From the human T2T-CHM13v2.0 reference genome, Homo sapiens, in NCBI RefSeq assembly GCF_009914755.1, contig NC_060926.1: DNA of 64,000 bases; one strand, 5' to 3'. Position 1 is the first letter of the stretch. Each line of letters begins with the position of its first letter. Below, piece by piece: positions 1 to 12,839 of the stretch. The notes under the pieces were generated by a model. It did no database searches and was not told where the DNA came from. It saw nothing but the letters and a program-made list of their open reading frames with translations. A program made the translations under genes and the position numbers.

Positions 1-981
1 ACATCGAGTCCTTTATCCAAAATTAGTCGTGGCCCCACTCAGCCCTCTCCCTGGCCCACTGCAGGCAGGGCATCAGAGTCAGAGTAGGAGAGGAGGGGTG
101 GGGGGAGAGGGAGGGGCAGAGGGGAGGCAGCTTCAGTCTGCTCATTAACCACCTTGATTGGCCATTTCTGCCCAGAGGGGCGAGGAAGGAGGAAGGGCTT
201 GTGCTGGGGAAGGTGCAGGGCGTGCTCCTGCCAGGCTTTGCCCAAGGGCAAGGGAGCAGGGCCCATGCTTTAGAGTGGAGATGGAGACAGTGCTTTGAAC
301 CCTAACCTTGCCGGGCCTGCCAGCCCCACTCACTCACTCACCTTTCCTGTAGAGGAGCCACTGAATGAGGTGGGTGTCTGGGACAAGGGATTCCCAGGAC
401 AGGAGTGGTGGCTGGTGGTGGGAGTAGCAGCTGTGGCTGGCAAGAAGCTGGTTTCCCAGAAGAAGGCAGCGAGTGAGCCTGTGTCCAAGCAGGGAGCGGG
501 ATGCAAGGAGCAGAGCTGGCCCCAGGGCCACTGCTGGGAGCAACTGAGCAGAGGGCTCTACTAGTGGGGTTCCCTCCCAGACCAGCCCAGGAGGCGGGTC
601 AGCAGTGCACCGCCTCCTTCCAGGAGTCAGACAGCAGTGGGCCCCCTCTGCCAGCCATGGCCTCCTTTAACCCCTGCAATGCCCTGCTGGCTGCACTCTA
701 GCCGGCTCTGGCCAGGCCGTGTCAGGGCACAGACACTTGGGGCAGGAGATCACCAGGGAGTGTGGCTGCCCCTCCTTCAGCCACTGGCCTAGCAGCCTCC
801 CTGGGGACAGGAGGGGTGGGGCCAGAAGACTTGGGGGACAAGGGGGGTGGGGAAGGGAACAGGGAGGCATCAGGGCCTTGAGAGGGCCAGGACCCCATAG
901 AAGAGACACAGGTGCAGAGAAATGTCCAAAGTGCTGCTAGGTGGGGAAGGATGGTTGCTGAGATGATGATGATGATGATAA

Positions 982-1740
<759 letters not shown>

Positions 1741-2911
1741 GCTTTAATGGTAATTTCTAGACTCTGAGAGCTGAGGATACCGATACACCTGTGTGTTTAG
1801 TCAGTGGGAATTTTGTACACTTTTCTGTATTTACGAAATATTTCAACACGCTAATACAGACAAATGTCTGAAGCTGCCTTGTCAGTCACCGTCTCTGTGA
1901 GATGAGAGAGGTCATTTTCAACTTCCTCCCGCTCTTTATCACCCATGTACAAGCCATCTCCGCATCCGGTCCTTTCTCCCAAGTTAGTCGTGGCCCCACT
2001 TAGCCCCCTCCCTGGCTCATAATGTCTCTAACCCCAGCCACTGGCACCACCCCGCAGATGGCTGCCCCACCTCCCGGGCCCCTTGCTCTGCCTTCTGCCC
2101 TCCCAATCCATATACACACAGCACACATGGGAGGGCTCCAGGAGAGCCAGGAGAGGAATAGGGGCATGGAAGTAGCAGGACTGGCAGTAGGAGTGCCCTG
2201 GCAGGCAGCCCAGATGTCCGGGTAGCCACTGAGCCTTGGCTCCTGAGGGGATCAGCACCCAGTAGATGTTTATCCACCCCAAGAACGAGGGTATCACACC
2301 TCCTCTAGTGAGGGCCCAGGTGATGGGTGCAGGCTGCTCTTCCCTAAGCCCCTGAAGAGGGGAGCCCCAAGCAGCAGCAACCCCCACTGGAGCCAGAGTC
2401 AGGGCACACCAGCTGGGATGGAGCTTGTTCCCCACAGTTAGAGGAGGGAGGGAGTCACAGGCAAGCTCCAGGCTCTCCCAAGAGGCCGCTTAGAAACCAG
2501 CTCATCTGATGCAGATAGACACTCATCCCCATCCCTGTCCCTGCCACTGTTGCACACCAGCACACACACCTTCCCCTCCTTCTCGCCTTGATCATCCACC
2601 TCCACTGCCCCTGGCACCTCGCTCCATCCCAGCCCCACTGACTGTCCCTGCTCCTGCCCACCCTAGCCTGGCCCAACAGGCACCCCCTCATCCGTGTCAA
2701 AGCTGGCTGTGTGGGAGGTGGGGAGGCAGGGACATGGGGTGAAGCAAGGAGACCCACCAACAGGGAGTCCTGAGGTCACAGGGACCTAGAGAGGAGTTAC
2801 CCATCCCTGGTGATGCCAAACACCTCCTCTTACTCTCCCAGGGAGAAACCAGCGCCACACCTGTACCAGGCAGAGTGGTTCCCTGGCAGACACCTGCCTC
2901 CCAGCTCAGAC

Positions 2912-3127
2912 CTGGAGGAGGGCAGGGGGCTGGAGGACAGCAGGGGACTGGAGGAGGGCAGGGGACTGGAGGAGGGCAGGGGACTGGAGGATGGCAGGGG
3001 GTTAGAGGAGGGCAGGGGACTGGAGGAGGGCAGGGGGCTGGAGGATGGCAGGGGGTTAGAGGAGGGCAGGGGACTGGAGGGAGGCAGGGGGCTGGAGAAG
3101 GGCAGGGTGCTGGAGGAGCGCAGGGGC
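2912..3127. repeat. G-rich minisatellite, 12 x 18 bp (ctggaggagggcaggggr)
   Basis: Twelve consecutive 18-bp units counted directly. This explains the LEEGRG-repeat ORF 2810..3307. Confidence 0.95.
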
Positions 3128-5436
3128 AGGGATCCTGGACAGGGCCTCAGACAGACTGAATTGGGAGGGCAAGAAAGAGACCAAGGGTGCAAAGTGAGAC
3201 ACAGGGAACAGAGAAAGGGAAGGAATGAGGGAAAGACAGGGATGGGAGACAGGGACATGACACGGGAGACAGAGATGGGGGTTTCAGCCTCTGCATGGGG
3301 GATATAGGGACGGAGGAGAGGGCAGACGGGCTGGGGCATCCCTTGTGCTGGTTTTTAGATGCGGTTCCTGGGGTTTGTGAAAACAGCCGTCCTCCCAGGC
3401 CCCTGCTCCTCTGCCCCCATACTAGCCCCTGCAGCAGCCCAGCCTGGAGAAACGAGGACCCAGCATGGAAAGACCCCAGCCTCAAGGAGGCAGAGCACAG
3501 CCAGGAAGGGAAGCCCCAGCCCACCTGGGAAACCCACCTGGCCCATTGCTGGGCACAGGATCTCACTGGTGGTCTCACATCCATCCTTTTGGGAATGAGA
3601 TCAGGACTAGGGATTCGGCACTGGTGACCAGCACTCAGGTGGACCGCTCAGCTGACTGAGGTGGAGAAGGAAGGAGGAGCGTGGTGGGACCCTCGCCCTG
3701 CCCTCCCCACTCTGGAGCGCTGCCTCTCAGCCCAACCAAGTGACAGAGACGAGACAACCACAGGAATAGCAGCTGCGGAGCTCCATGGCCTCCCTCTGCC
3801 CCCTGGTGGTGAGAAGGAGAAAAGCAAGAGCAGGTGCTGAAAACGAAAAGGAAACTAGCAGCAGTCCCAGCTACCACAATGGATCAGCCCCCATTTGGCC
3901 AACAGGTGACTCTACCCCAGGTGGGCCTGAGAGGACCCATCCCCCATCTCACCATTCTGCCCCAGCGCCCTGGATCCTGCCTCTACCACTTCTTCCCTGC
4001 AGCGTCTGCGGTTCCCCCACCGCTGTGAGCCAGGTTCCCCCTCCAGGCTGCTGGGCTGGGACTGAGTCACTTCTTCCCAGGCTGTAAATCCTGGGACTGC
4101 TGTGCAAGGCAGAGTCACTAGGGACGGACTCTGGCAGCAGAGCTGCGCTCTCGTGCCCCAGCCAGCCAGGCTCTCCTGGGTGAGTAGCAGGGAGACCCCT
4201 GGAACTTACGGGGATAGAAGGAGTGTGATGCCAGGAGCCAGGGGAGGAAAATGCCTGGCAGAGACGAGGGAGAGGAGGAGACACATGGAGCCGTTCATGG
4301 ATTTCACACAGGATCTGGGCTGGAAGGGGCTGCCGAGACCATCAGTCCAATCTTTGGTCTACAGGTTGGGAAACTGAGGCTCAAGGAAGGTGAGTGATTT
4401 GCCGGAGATCACACAGTGAGTTCATAGCCAGGCCAGGATGGAGACCCAGGTCTCTGGACTCCTGACCCCGTCCTCCCTGAATCCCATGCTCCACCCACCT
4501 CCCTCATTTACCTCCGTTTCCCTCTCCCCTTCCCTCCACTGTGTCCCACTGCTGTACCACTGCCACCCCACCCCAAACTCCAGCAGCCACAGCCCGGGAG
4601 GCAGGACACCTGGGTTTTCCGCTCCATGCCTGGTCTTGACTCTAGGATCTCAGAATAAGGCCACCAGCTGTCAGGGCCACAGTGTCCCTCTCTGGGCCCC
4701 AGGACCCATGGGGAGGAGAAGAGGATGAGATCCCCCTGGAGAGAAAGGCAGTATTACAACCAGGCGCCCTGCTCCCCACACACACGCAGCATGTGCTCAG
4801 CCCCAGCCCTGGGGCCGTGCTTTACTTCTGCACCCTCTCCTCAAAGAACACATATTTTCCATTCAGCTGGGGCACAGGAAAGGATGAGTAGGTGTCTCGA
4901 GGAGACTGAGTACCCAGGCAAGGCTAGGGGCACTCCATGGGGAAGGAGTGGACACCCCCAGCCTAGTGTCCACATATCATGAGCCCTCACGGGGTCACTC
5001 ACACCAAGTCAGGACCCAGAACACAGGCCCTGTGGGCACAGACACCTGAGTTCAAGTCCTGGGTACCTCTGTGATGCTGGATAAAAGACTTACCCTCTCC
5101 AATCCCCTGTTTCTCCTGGTCTAAAATGGAGTTAATAACCTCCAGGATTATGTGAGGATTGAATGGGACAAGGACATCAAGTGTTAGCACAGTGTCGTCA
5201 CCCAGGGACTGCTCAATCGGTGGAGGCCACACCATCATCTTCACACACTGGCCTACAAGATAGAGCTGGGATTCTCCCCCTACTAGGTAACTTGCTATGT
5301 CACCCAAGATTAGTCACTTTCCCTCTGTAGGCTCTGCGTCCTGCTTTGTGTAAGGAGAGAGCTGGGCAGTGAGGCCGAAAGTCCTTCCTGAGCTCACAGT
5401 CCAAGTCGCAAGGAATCACATCATTTCCAAGTACCC

Positions 5437-5482
5437 ATGGCAGAAGAGGGAGCCATCCTCAAGGTCACCAAAGACCTAAGAG
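5437..5482 (+). CDS. RUFY4: RUFY4 coding exon 1 (MAEEGAILKVTKDLR)
   Basis: ATG in cccATGG at 5437; donor AG|gtgagt at 5483; plausible upstream acceptor ttccctctgtag at 5330. Confidence 0.92.
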
Positions 5483-5583
5483 GTGAGTGTGTCCTGAGAG
5501 ATGCTCTGGGACTGAGTCATGGGAGAAGTCAGGGTCTGGGAGCCCCTCCCTCAGCGACCTGACATCTGCCATCCTCCCAGCAG

Positions 5584-5690
5584 CTGCCGTCTCTGCCATC
5601 CTCCAGGGCTATGGGGATGGGCAGGGGCCAGTGACGGACACCAGTGCCGAGCTGCACAGACTCTGTGGCTGCCTGGAGCTGCTGCTGCAG
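5584..5690 (+). CDS. RUFY4: RUFY4 coding exon 2 (AAVSAILQGYGDGQGPVTDTSAELHRLCGCLELLLQ, start of RUN domain)
   Basis: Acceptor cccagcag|, donor cag|gtggga; frame continuous with exon 1. Confidence 0.92.
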
Positions 5691-6390
5691 GTGGGACCTT
5701 CTCCTCCCCTTCCCCATCCCTCTCCCCAGACCCAGATAACTGGTGGGACATTCCTGGAAAATCAGGGAGGAGCCACAGCCCCCTTCCTTACCATGCACTG
5801 TGTCATCTCCCTCTCCCTCCTGACACCTAACCTCACTCTTGGAGTTTGTCACTGCAGCCTAAGAAGTGAAGTGGGGCAAAGCGGGGCTGGAAGGGACCCA
5901 GGCCTGGTGGTGGGACCCAGACCTGGGGGCAACCCCCACTGCTTAAACCTTCAGAGGCATTGATGTCCTAGGACTGGCCCTTCCTGCTGCTACTCAGAGC
6001 CCCAACTATGACCAGCACCGCTTTTATTGAATACTTGCTATGTGTCAGACTTCAGCCTCTATATGCCTGGCTTTATGCAATCCTCACTCTCGCCCTCTGA
6101 GACGCTTGATGTCCACCCCCCAACACCCCGACACACATCTTCCTACTTCTCTGACTTCATCTTTTGCCACCCTGCCACTCATCTACTGCACTTCAGCTCC
6201 CCTGGCCTCTTGGATCTTCCTGGAGCACACCAGTCATGCTCCTGCCTCGGGGCCTTTGCTCGGGCTCTCCCCTCTACTTAGAATGCTCTTCCACTGGAAT
6301 GCACAGCATACTTTCTCAGCTCCTTCAAGCAGGAAGGCTTTTCTGGGCACCCTAGATTTTCAACACACGTGCCACACACACCACACACCA

Positions 6391-6478
6391 CAGCTACCAC
6401 AATGGATCAGCCCCCATTTGGCCAACAGGTGACTCTACCCCAGGTCGGCCCGAGGGGACCCATCCCCCATCTCAGCAT
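6391..6478 (+). repeat. Local duplicate of 3868-3955
   Basis: cagctaccacaatggatcagcccccatttggccaacaggtgactctaccccaggt... present at both sites with only a few substitutions. Confidence 0.93.
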
Positions 6479-6583
6479 TTTCCATTCTCTTTCCTGCTTT
6501 ATTTTTTTCTCCGTAGCAGTCATCACTATCTAACATACTCGATGCTTTACTTATCTCATCTGTTTGTTGTCTTAACTCCTTTA

Positions 6584-6882
6584 TCAGGGCCACAGTGTCC
6601 CTCTCCGGGCCCCGGGACCCATCGGGAGGAGAAGAGGATGAGATCCCCCTGGAGAGAAAGGCAGTATTACAACCAGGCACCCTGCTCCCCACACACAGGC
6701 AGCATCTGCTCAGCCCCATCCCTGGGGCTGTGCTTTACTTCTGCACCCTCTCCTCAAAGAACACACATTTTCCATTCAGCTGGGGCACAGGAAAGGATGA
6801 GTAGGTGTCTTGAGGAGAATGAGTACCCAGGCAAGGCTAGGGGCACTCCATGGGGAAGGAGTGGACACCACCAGCCTAGTGT
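6584..6882 (+). repeat. Local duplicate of 4671-4969 (~300 bp)
   Basis: tcagggccacagtgtccctctc...cagcctagtgt at both sites; near-identical ORF pair 4682..4891 and 6595..6804. Confidence 0.96.
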
Positions 6883-7204
6883 GGATCAAGATGTAAGTAT
6901 CAAGATGTAAGTTCCATGAAGTCAGTTTGTTCATAGTTGTATCCCCAGACACACAGAGGAGGGCCTGGAATATAGCAAGAGCTCAATAAGGGCCTCTGAA
7001 TGAATGAATAAGAACACTGAGGCTCAGGGAGGTCAAGCCCCTTGCTCGTGGTCACACAGCCAGTAAGGACAGGGCTGGGTCTGGATGCCGGGTGTGTCTG
7101 CAGGAGCCCTCTCCTCCAGTACATGTCCCCTCAGCAAGCTAGAATGCAGGGCGTGTTCTGGGAGGAAGCATTTCTACACTTTCTTTGCCTCATTTTGGTT
7201 CTAG

Positions 7205-7330
7205 TTTGACCAGAAAGAGCAGAAGAGCTTCCTGGGGCCTCGGAAGGATTACTGGGACTTTCTCTGCACTGCCCTACGACGGCAGCGGGGAAACATGGAG
7301 CCAATCCACTTTGTCCGTTCCCAGGACAAG
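7205..7330 (+). CDS. RUFY4: RUFY4 coding exon 3 (FDQKEQKSFLGPRKDYWDFLCTAL...SQDK, RUN domain)
   Basis: ttctag| acceptor, aag|gtatcc donor, 126 nt, phase 0-0; RUN-type YWDF motif. Confidence 0.93.
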
Positions 7331-7609
7331 GTATCCAGGGCCAGGCAGCAAGAAGGCTGACGGGGTGGGGGTAGACATAGGCCTCCTCCTTTTCCCCCAC
7401 CCTGCTCTACCGACCATAGACCCCTCACCTGCTCTGCATGTCTCCTAAGCCCTGCCCACAGCACCCCTCCAGACACCCTTTTCCTCCCATGGCCTCAGGT
7501 CCCCCTGCACCCTTCCCATTGCCAAGCACTTCCAGTCCCCTCTCTCTGTGTTACCTGGGCGCCCTTTGTCCTAATACTGCTCCCCATTCTGCCCCTGTGC
7601 ACTCTGCAG

Positions 7610-7716
7610 TTGAAGACCCCTCTGGGGAAAGGCCGTGCCTTCATCCGCTTCTGCCTGGCCCGTGGGCAGCTGGCTGAGGCCCTGCAGCTTTGCCTCCTGA
7701 ACTCAGAGCTCACCAG
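7610..7716 (+). CDS. RUFY4: RUFY4 coding exon 4 (LKTPLGKGRAFIRFCLARGQLAEALQLCLLNSELTR)
   Basis: ctgcag| acceptor, ag|gtgggg donor; RUN signature GRA(F/W)IRxxL. Confidence 0.95.
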
Positions 7717-8073
7717 GTGGGGCTGTTGGGACATCCTCCTGCCGATGCCATCTGAGCCACTTTCCCTCCTTTGTAAAAGAGCCCTCCTTTAACCCCCACA
7801 GATGGCTTTCTATCAAGGACAGTTACAATGAGAGTCATGAAGGAAAAATCAAGGGAGAAAGGGCAGAGGGAGGTTAGAACCCAGGAGTCCTGGGAGCATC
7901 AGGGTTCTTGGGCCTCCTGCTCCTGAAGGGCCACAACTCTGCCTGGGGAACAGCCTCGTGACGGTGTGTAGTGGAGGCTGCTTTGTTGAGGTTGAGCTGG
8001 GGTGGGGGTGGTTGGGGCAGGGGGAAACAGCACCAGGGTCAAAGGCCAAGGGTTCTGATCACTGTTAACACAG

Positions 8074-8217
8074 GGAATGGTATGGACCCCGGAGCCCTCT
8101 GCTCTGCCCAGAACGCCAAGAAGACATCCTGGACTCTCTCTATGCTCTCAATGGGGTGGCCTTCGAGTTGGACCTCCAGCAGCCAGACCTGGATGGAGCC
8201 TGGCCCATGTTCTCAGA
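8074..8217 (+). CDS. RUFY4: RUFY4 coding exon 5 (EWYGPRSPLLCPERQEDILDSLYALNGVAFELDL..., end of RUN domain)
   Basis: acacag| acceptor, ga|gtgagt donor; RUN C-terminal WY...L..F.L motif. Confidence 0.93.
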
Positions 8218-8646
8218 GTGAGTGGGTGCAGCCAGGAGAGAAGTCTCTTTTGACACCTGGTCCCATGGCCACCAAGGGTCCCAGGCAAGCCCCAAGCCCT
8301 CAGCCTCCAGCCCCATCTGTCTCTGCCTCCTTTTGCTCCATGCCTTTGGATCCTTCTAGCCCTCGATGCTCCCAGTGCAAATTCATGGCATAATGCTGCC
8401 TAGAATATGCACTCACTAACGACTTCCTGGGTGGTTGAGGTGGAGGGCTGGAGGATGAATGGATAGCTGGATGCTAGGAGGGAAAGTACGGATGAATGGA
8501 GGATGGGATGCATGAGGGTGGGTGGGCAGGAAGGAGGAAGTGTCATGGGATGAATGCGCTAGTGGAAAGATGGGATACCCTCCATCTGAGGACCAAGCCC
8601 AACACTGAAGAGAGGCCCAGGGTCCCCCTGCCTCTTTCACTTTCAG

Positions 8647-8716
8647 GTCACGCTGCTCCAGTTCCACCCAAACCCAGGGAAGGAGACCCAGAAAAAACAA
8701 AGATGCCCCAAAGAAG
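8647..8716 (+). CDS. RUFY4: RUFY4 coding exon 6 (SRCSSSTQTQGRRPRKNKDAPKK)
   Basis: tttcag| acceptor, aag|gtgcct donor; 70 nt restores phase 0. Confidence 0.85.
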
Positions 8717-9923
8717 GTGCCTCTGCCCTGCCTTCACTCTGAGTTGCCTCTTCCCCATCTCCTTGGCATCCTCAAGTTGAGTAGAAACTGAGCTTCCCCC
8801 TCCGAGTGTACAGAGAGCCCTGACCCTACAGGACAGACAGAGCAAGAGGCCAGTGTGTGGAGCAGGGGACTGGGGAGCTGCAGAGGAGGAGAGGGCTCCT
8901 ATTCCTGGGGTGGCGGGGACACTGGGAGAGAAAGGGAACTCTAGCACCCTCTGCCGGAGCCACTGGGCCCAGACAAGGAGAAAGTGCTATGAGGGGCGGG
9001 CCACTGAAAGCTTCAGGAAACAGATGAGAGGGACACCCTCTGCTGAGTCCCCTGCACTGGACAATTGACACATGACTCAGTTCAGTTCAAGAAGTGACTA
9101 AAGACCCAGGTTGCCCGGTTGAATTCCAGCCCCACCCCTTACAAACTGTGGTTCTTGAACAAGTTACTTGTCCTGCCCCATAGGGATATTGTGAGGATGA
9201 ACGGACACAACTCACATCCAGCACTGCACAGGGCTCCTGGCTACACGCTCCCCGCATGACAGTGTGTGGTCACCGTCGTTGTTATCATCATCCCCCAAGC
9301 ACATTTTGCACCCCCACCAGCTTCCAGGCACTGGGTACAGATACTATTAGTTCTCTGGTCCGAAAAGTTCAGGGTCTCTTCATGGAGATATACCATAAAA
9401 AAAAGCATTGCAATATACAATTTCAGTGTAAGTGACACAGAAATGAACAGAGGAACATGGGAGCACAGAGGCTTCTTGAGAGGTTGCTCTTAGCTGAGTG
9501 TCGGTCTAGTCGAGATTTCATCACAACCCTAAAACCGGGTATTATCATTCCCATTTTGCAGATGAAAAAACTGAAACATGACATGTAGTTCGGGAGGAAA
9601 AATTAAAGGAAAGGAGTGGGAGGAACTTAGGGGGAACCAGATCAATACCCAAGACCCAGGTGCAGGAGGGAGAAGGATGTGGGCTGCGGGAAGGGACAGA
9701 AGGACATCAGGATGTCCCTCACCAGACCAAAGCATGGCGCTCAGATCACCTGGGTGTTGCTAAAAGTCAGATTTGGGGTTTGATAAATCAAAGCTTCCAG
9801 TGAGAGGACCTGGTACCTATCTATTTAGCAAGCTGATTAGATTAGCACTGTGGCCTAATCTAATGGCACCAGGTCAGTGAATTGGTGCTGAGAGGGATGA
9901 CTGGTTTTGGGTCCTCTCCACAG

Positions 9924-10571
9924 ATCCCAGCCGCATATGGAGGGCCTGAAAATGTCCAGATTGAGGACTCACACACCAGTCAAGCCATCTGTCTGCAAGA
10001 TGCACCCAGTGGACAGCAGCTGGCAGGGCTTCCCAGGTCCCAGCAACAAAGGCATCTTCCTTTCTTTTTGGAAAAGAAGGGGGAAAGTTCCAGGAAACAT
10101 AGGTACCCCCAGAGCATGTGGGAGCCAGAAGGGAAGGAGCTTCAGCTAGACCAGGAGGAAAGAGCCCCATGGATTGAGATCTTCCTGGGGAACTCAACAC
10201 CCAGCACCCAGGGACAGGGGAAGGGGGCTATGGGCACTCAGAAGGAGGTGATAGGGATGGAGGCTGAGGTCACAGGGGTTCTGCTGGTTGCAGAGGGTCA
10301 GAGAACAACAGAGGGGACTCACAAAAAGGAAGCAGAGTGGAGTCACGTCCAGAGGCTGCTGATGCCCAGCCCCAGAGGGGCTGTAGAGGGAGCAGTATCA
10401 GGGAGCAGGCAGGGGTCGGGGGGCTCTAGCATCCTGGGGGAGCCCTGGGTCCTTCAGGGACACGCAACAAAGGAAGACTCTACCGTGGAGAATCCACAAG
10501 TGCAAACAGAAGTGACCCTTGTGGCTAGAAGGGAGGAGCAAGCCGAGGTGTCCCTGCAGGACGAGATCAAG
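9924..10571 (+). CDS. RUFY4: RUFY4 coding exon 7 (648-nt linker, IPAAYGGPEN...LQDEIK)
   Basis: ccacag| acceptor, aag|gtgaga donor; lies within ORF 9882..10616. Confidence 0.92.
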
Positions 10572-11257
10572 GTGAGAACAGTTGAGCTCCATACCTGGTT
10601 ATTTGCCCCTGTCTGACCTGGCCCACAGATGAGGGTCTGCAATGGTAGCCTGGGACCATTCCCTCCCACGGGTCAATTTTTATTGGCCCACTCAGGATTA
10701 TTATTTGGGGATGCCTTTGAAAGCCATACATTCTTCAGGTCCCCACAGTCCCCGCCTCTCCCTATTGCCCCACGCTAGACCCACTTTATTCGGCAATACT
10801 TCTTGCCCAGCCCCAGTAGGCTTTGGAGTTTGAGATCCCTTCCCAGCAGTTCTTCCAGGCAGTCACTTCCTCTCTCCAGTTCCATATCCTCATGATGGTA
10901 AGTCTCTTCCCGAAATCTAAGTTCTACTGTTGCAGAGCCCACCTAGTTGCTCCTGTGGTGGATGCTTCTCCTGGAGGTCACTCAAGATTGTCACCAAGCC
11001 TCCCTTCGGCCTCCACCCAGGAACTTGCAAGTTTCTGAGTTTACAACTTCCACCCTTCAGTGAAGGAAGAAACCGTGGCCCAGGCACACCCAGAAGCAGG
11101 GCCTAGGACAGAGCCAGGCATCACAGCTCCCAGCACTGTCCCCAGCCCTGCCAGGGCATGGCCTGGGGTCTCTCGGGAATGTTGTTCAGGTCAGCCCCAG
11201 CACTGGGGTCTCTGCCCTTCTCCTTCAGCCTCCTTCTCCCCTCCTTCCACCCCACAG

Positions 11258-11364
11258 AGCCTCAGACTTGGGCTCCGGAAGGCTGAGGAGCAGGCCCAGC
11301 GCCAGGAGCAGCTGCTGAGGGAGCAGGAGGGGGAGCTGCAGGCACTTCGGGAGCAGCTCAGCAG
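11258..11364 (+). CDS. RUFY4: RUFY4 coding exon 8 (coiled coil SLRLGLRKAEEQAQRQEQLLREQEGELQALREQLSR)
   Basis: Pyrimidine tract plus cacag|, ag|gtaacc donor. Confidence 0.93.
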
Positions 11365-12839
11365 GTAACCTTGGCAACCCACAGCACAGGGCACCTGGAA
11401 GTGCTCCCTAGGTCCTGCTGTCAATCACGGTCAAGCCAGTGAGGTCTTGTGAGAACCTCCCATGCACCAGGCCCTGGACTGGGCACACCTTTGGGATCTG
11501 AGGCCTGCAGGGCATTGCTCCTGATCCCAGGGCTCCACCCTCCCTCCTCTGTGCATCCCTTTCTCGTAGGTCTCCCAGAGCAGGAGCAGCCCCAGGAAAG
11601 GCCCCGCCTCCTGGCCTGCTTCCTTCCCACCCTCACCCCTGCCTCCCTCTGCTGCCTCCCCTGGGCAGCTCCTCTCTCTTTTTCACCCTCTCTGCCTCCC
11701 TACTCCACTGGACTTCTTTCCCCCATCTCTTTCTGTCTCCCTTTTTTACTCAGTTTCTTTGTGTCTCATTTGCTTCTTCCTGTTATGCCACCTCTCACCC
11801 TCTCATAATCACAGCTATCATTTACTAAGCATTTACTACGTCCCAGGCACTGCTGTCGGTGCTTCTGCGTAACACCCTTATGAGATGAGTTCTATAGAAC
11901 CCCCATTTTATAGAGGAGGAAGCTGAGGCTCAAAGATGCTGCACAATTCACCCACCATTGGCTAGTTAGCGGGGGAGCTGAGATTCAAGGCCTGCAGCTG
12001 ACTCCAGAACCAGTGGGCTCAGATGCCCCATTCAGGCAGCATGTCGAGTGCCTGCACTTCAGTCTCTCCGTTTCTCCTCTGCTCAGTGTCTCTCACCATC
12101 CAGTGTCTTCATCTTCCGTCATCACATTGACCTCAGGGGCCCACAGCACGCTGTCTGTCTCTACCATCCCCCCTCAGTCCTCAGTCTCTCAGGTCTCAGT
12201 TTCTCTCTCTCTCTCTCTCTTTCTTTTTGTAGAGACGAGGTCTCACTACATGGTGCAGACTGGTCTCAAATTCCTAGGCTCAAGCTTCAGCCTTCCAAAG
12301 TGCTAGGGTTGCAGGCATGAGCCACCACACCCAGCCCATAATTTATTTTTTAAAGTCTCTTCTCACTGCAGAGATCTTCCGTGGCCTGACTCAGCCTCTC
12401 TGTGTCTCTCTCCTGTGGTCTCTGGGTACGTCAGTCTGCCCACCTGCCCCTGTCTCTCTCGCCCACATGGCTAACACCTGCCCCAGGTCCAACAGACACC
12501 AGTCGGACCCCAGCAGAGCCTGAGTAGCTGTGATTCAGCCTGAATCACTAGGAAGCCTTCTGGCTGTCTGCTTCGCAGGTGAGAGAGGCCCAGGAGCCCA
12601 GAAACCAACCCAAAAGGACCCCCAGGCTCCTCCCACTCCACACTCAGCTGAGCACACAGTGTGGTCGCAAAGGTTTCCACGATTCAGGGCAAAATGAACA
12701 TGGGGGTTCTGGCCACACAAGAGTCTTCAAGGGTTCAAGACAGTCTGGGAGGAGCAGCTGGGAGGTTATAGAGAGATGGCCTGGCCCTGGCTGCTCCTTT
12801 TACTGGGGACCCTGTCTCACAGACCACAGTGCTCCGGCC

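Larger units (their letters stand above)
6150..7010 (+). mobile_element. L2 3' end, interrupted by two non-L2 inserts
   Basis: L2 motifs cctgcctcggggcctttgc, cctgctttattttttctccgtagca, tgtaagttccatga...gtatcccca...ctcaataa...gaatgaatgaat. Confidence 0.75.

Noticed and set aside
2810-3339. 165-aa LEEGRG-repeat ORF and 169-aa PLPSSS-repeat antisense ORF
   Set aside because: Produced by an 18-bp stop-free minisatellite; no splice or homology support.
5751-5759. TTCCTGGAA STAT/GAS motif as a cytokine-response element for RUFY4
   Set aside because: Short motif expected by chance; N3 spacing is not the STAT6-preferred N4; no independent support.
5584-11364. Three RUFY4 exons of exactly 107 nt, suggesting exon duplication
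   Set aside because: No sequence similarity among them; coincidence.
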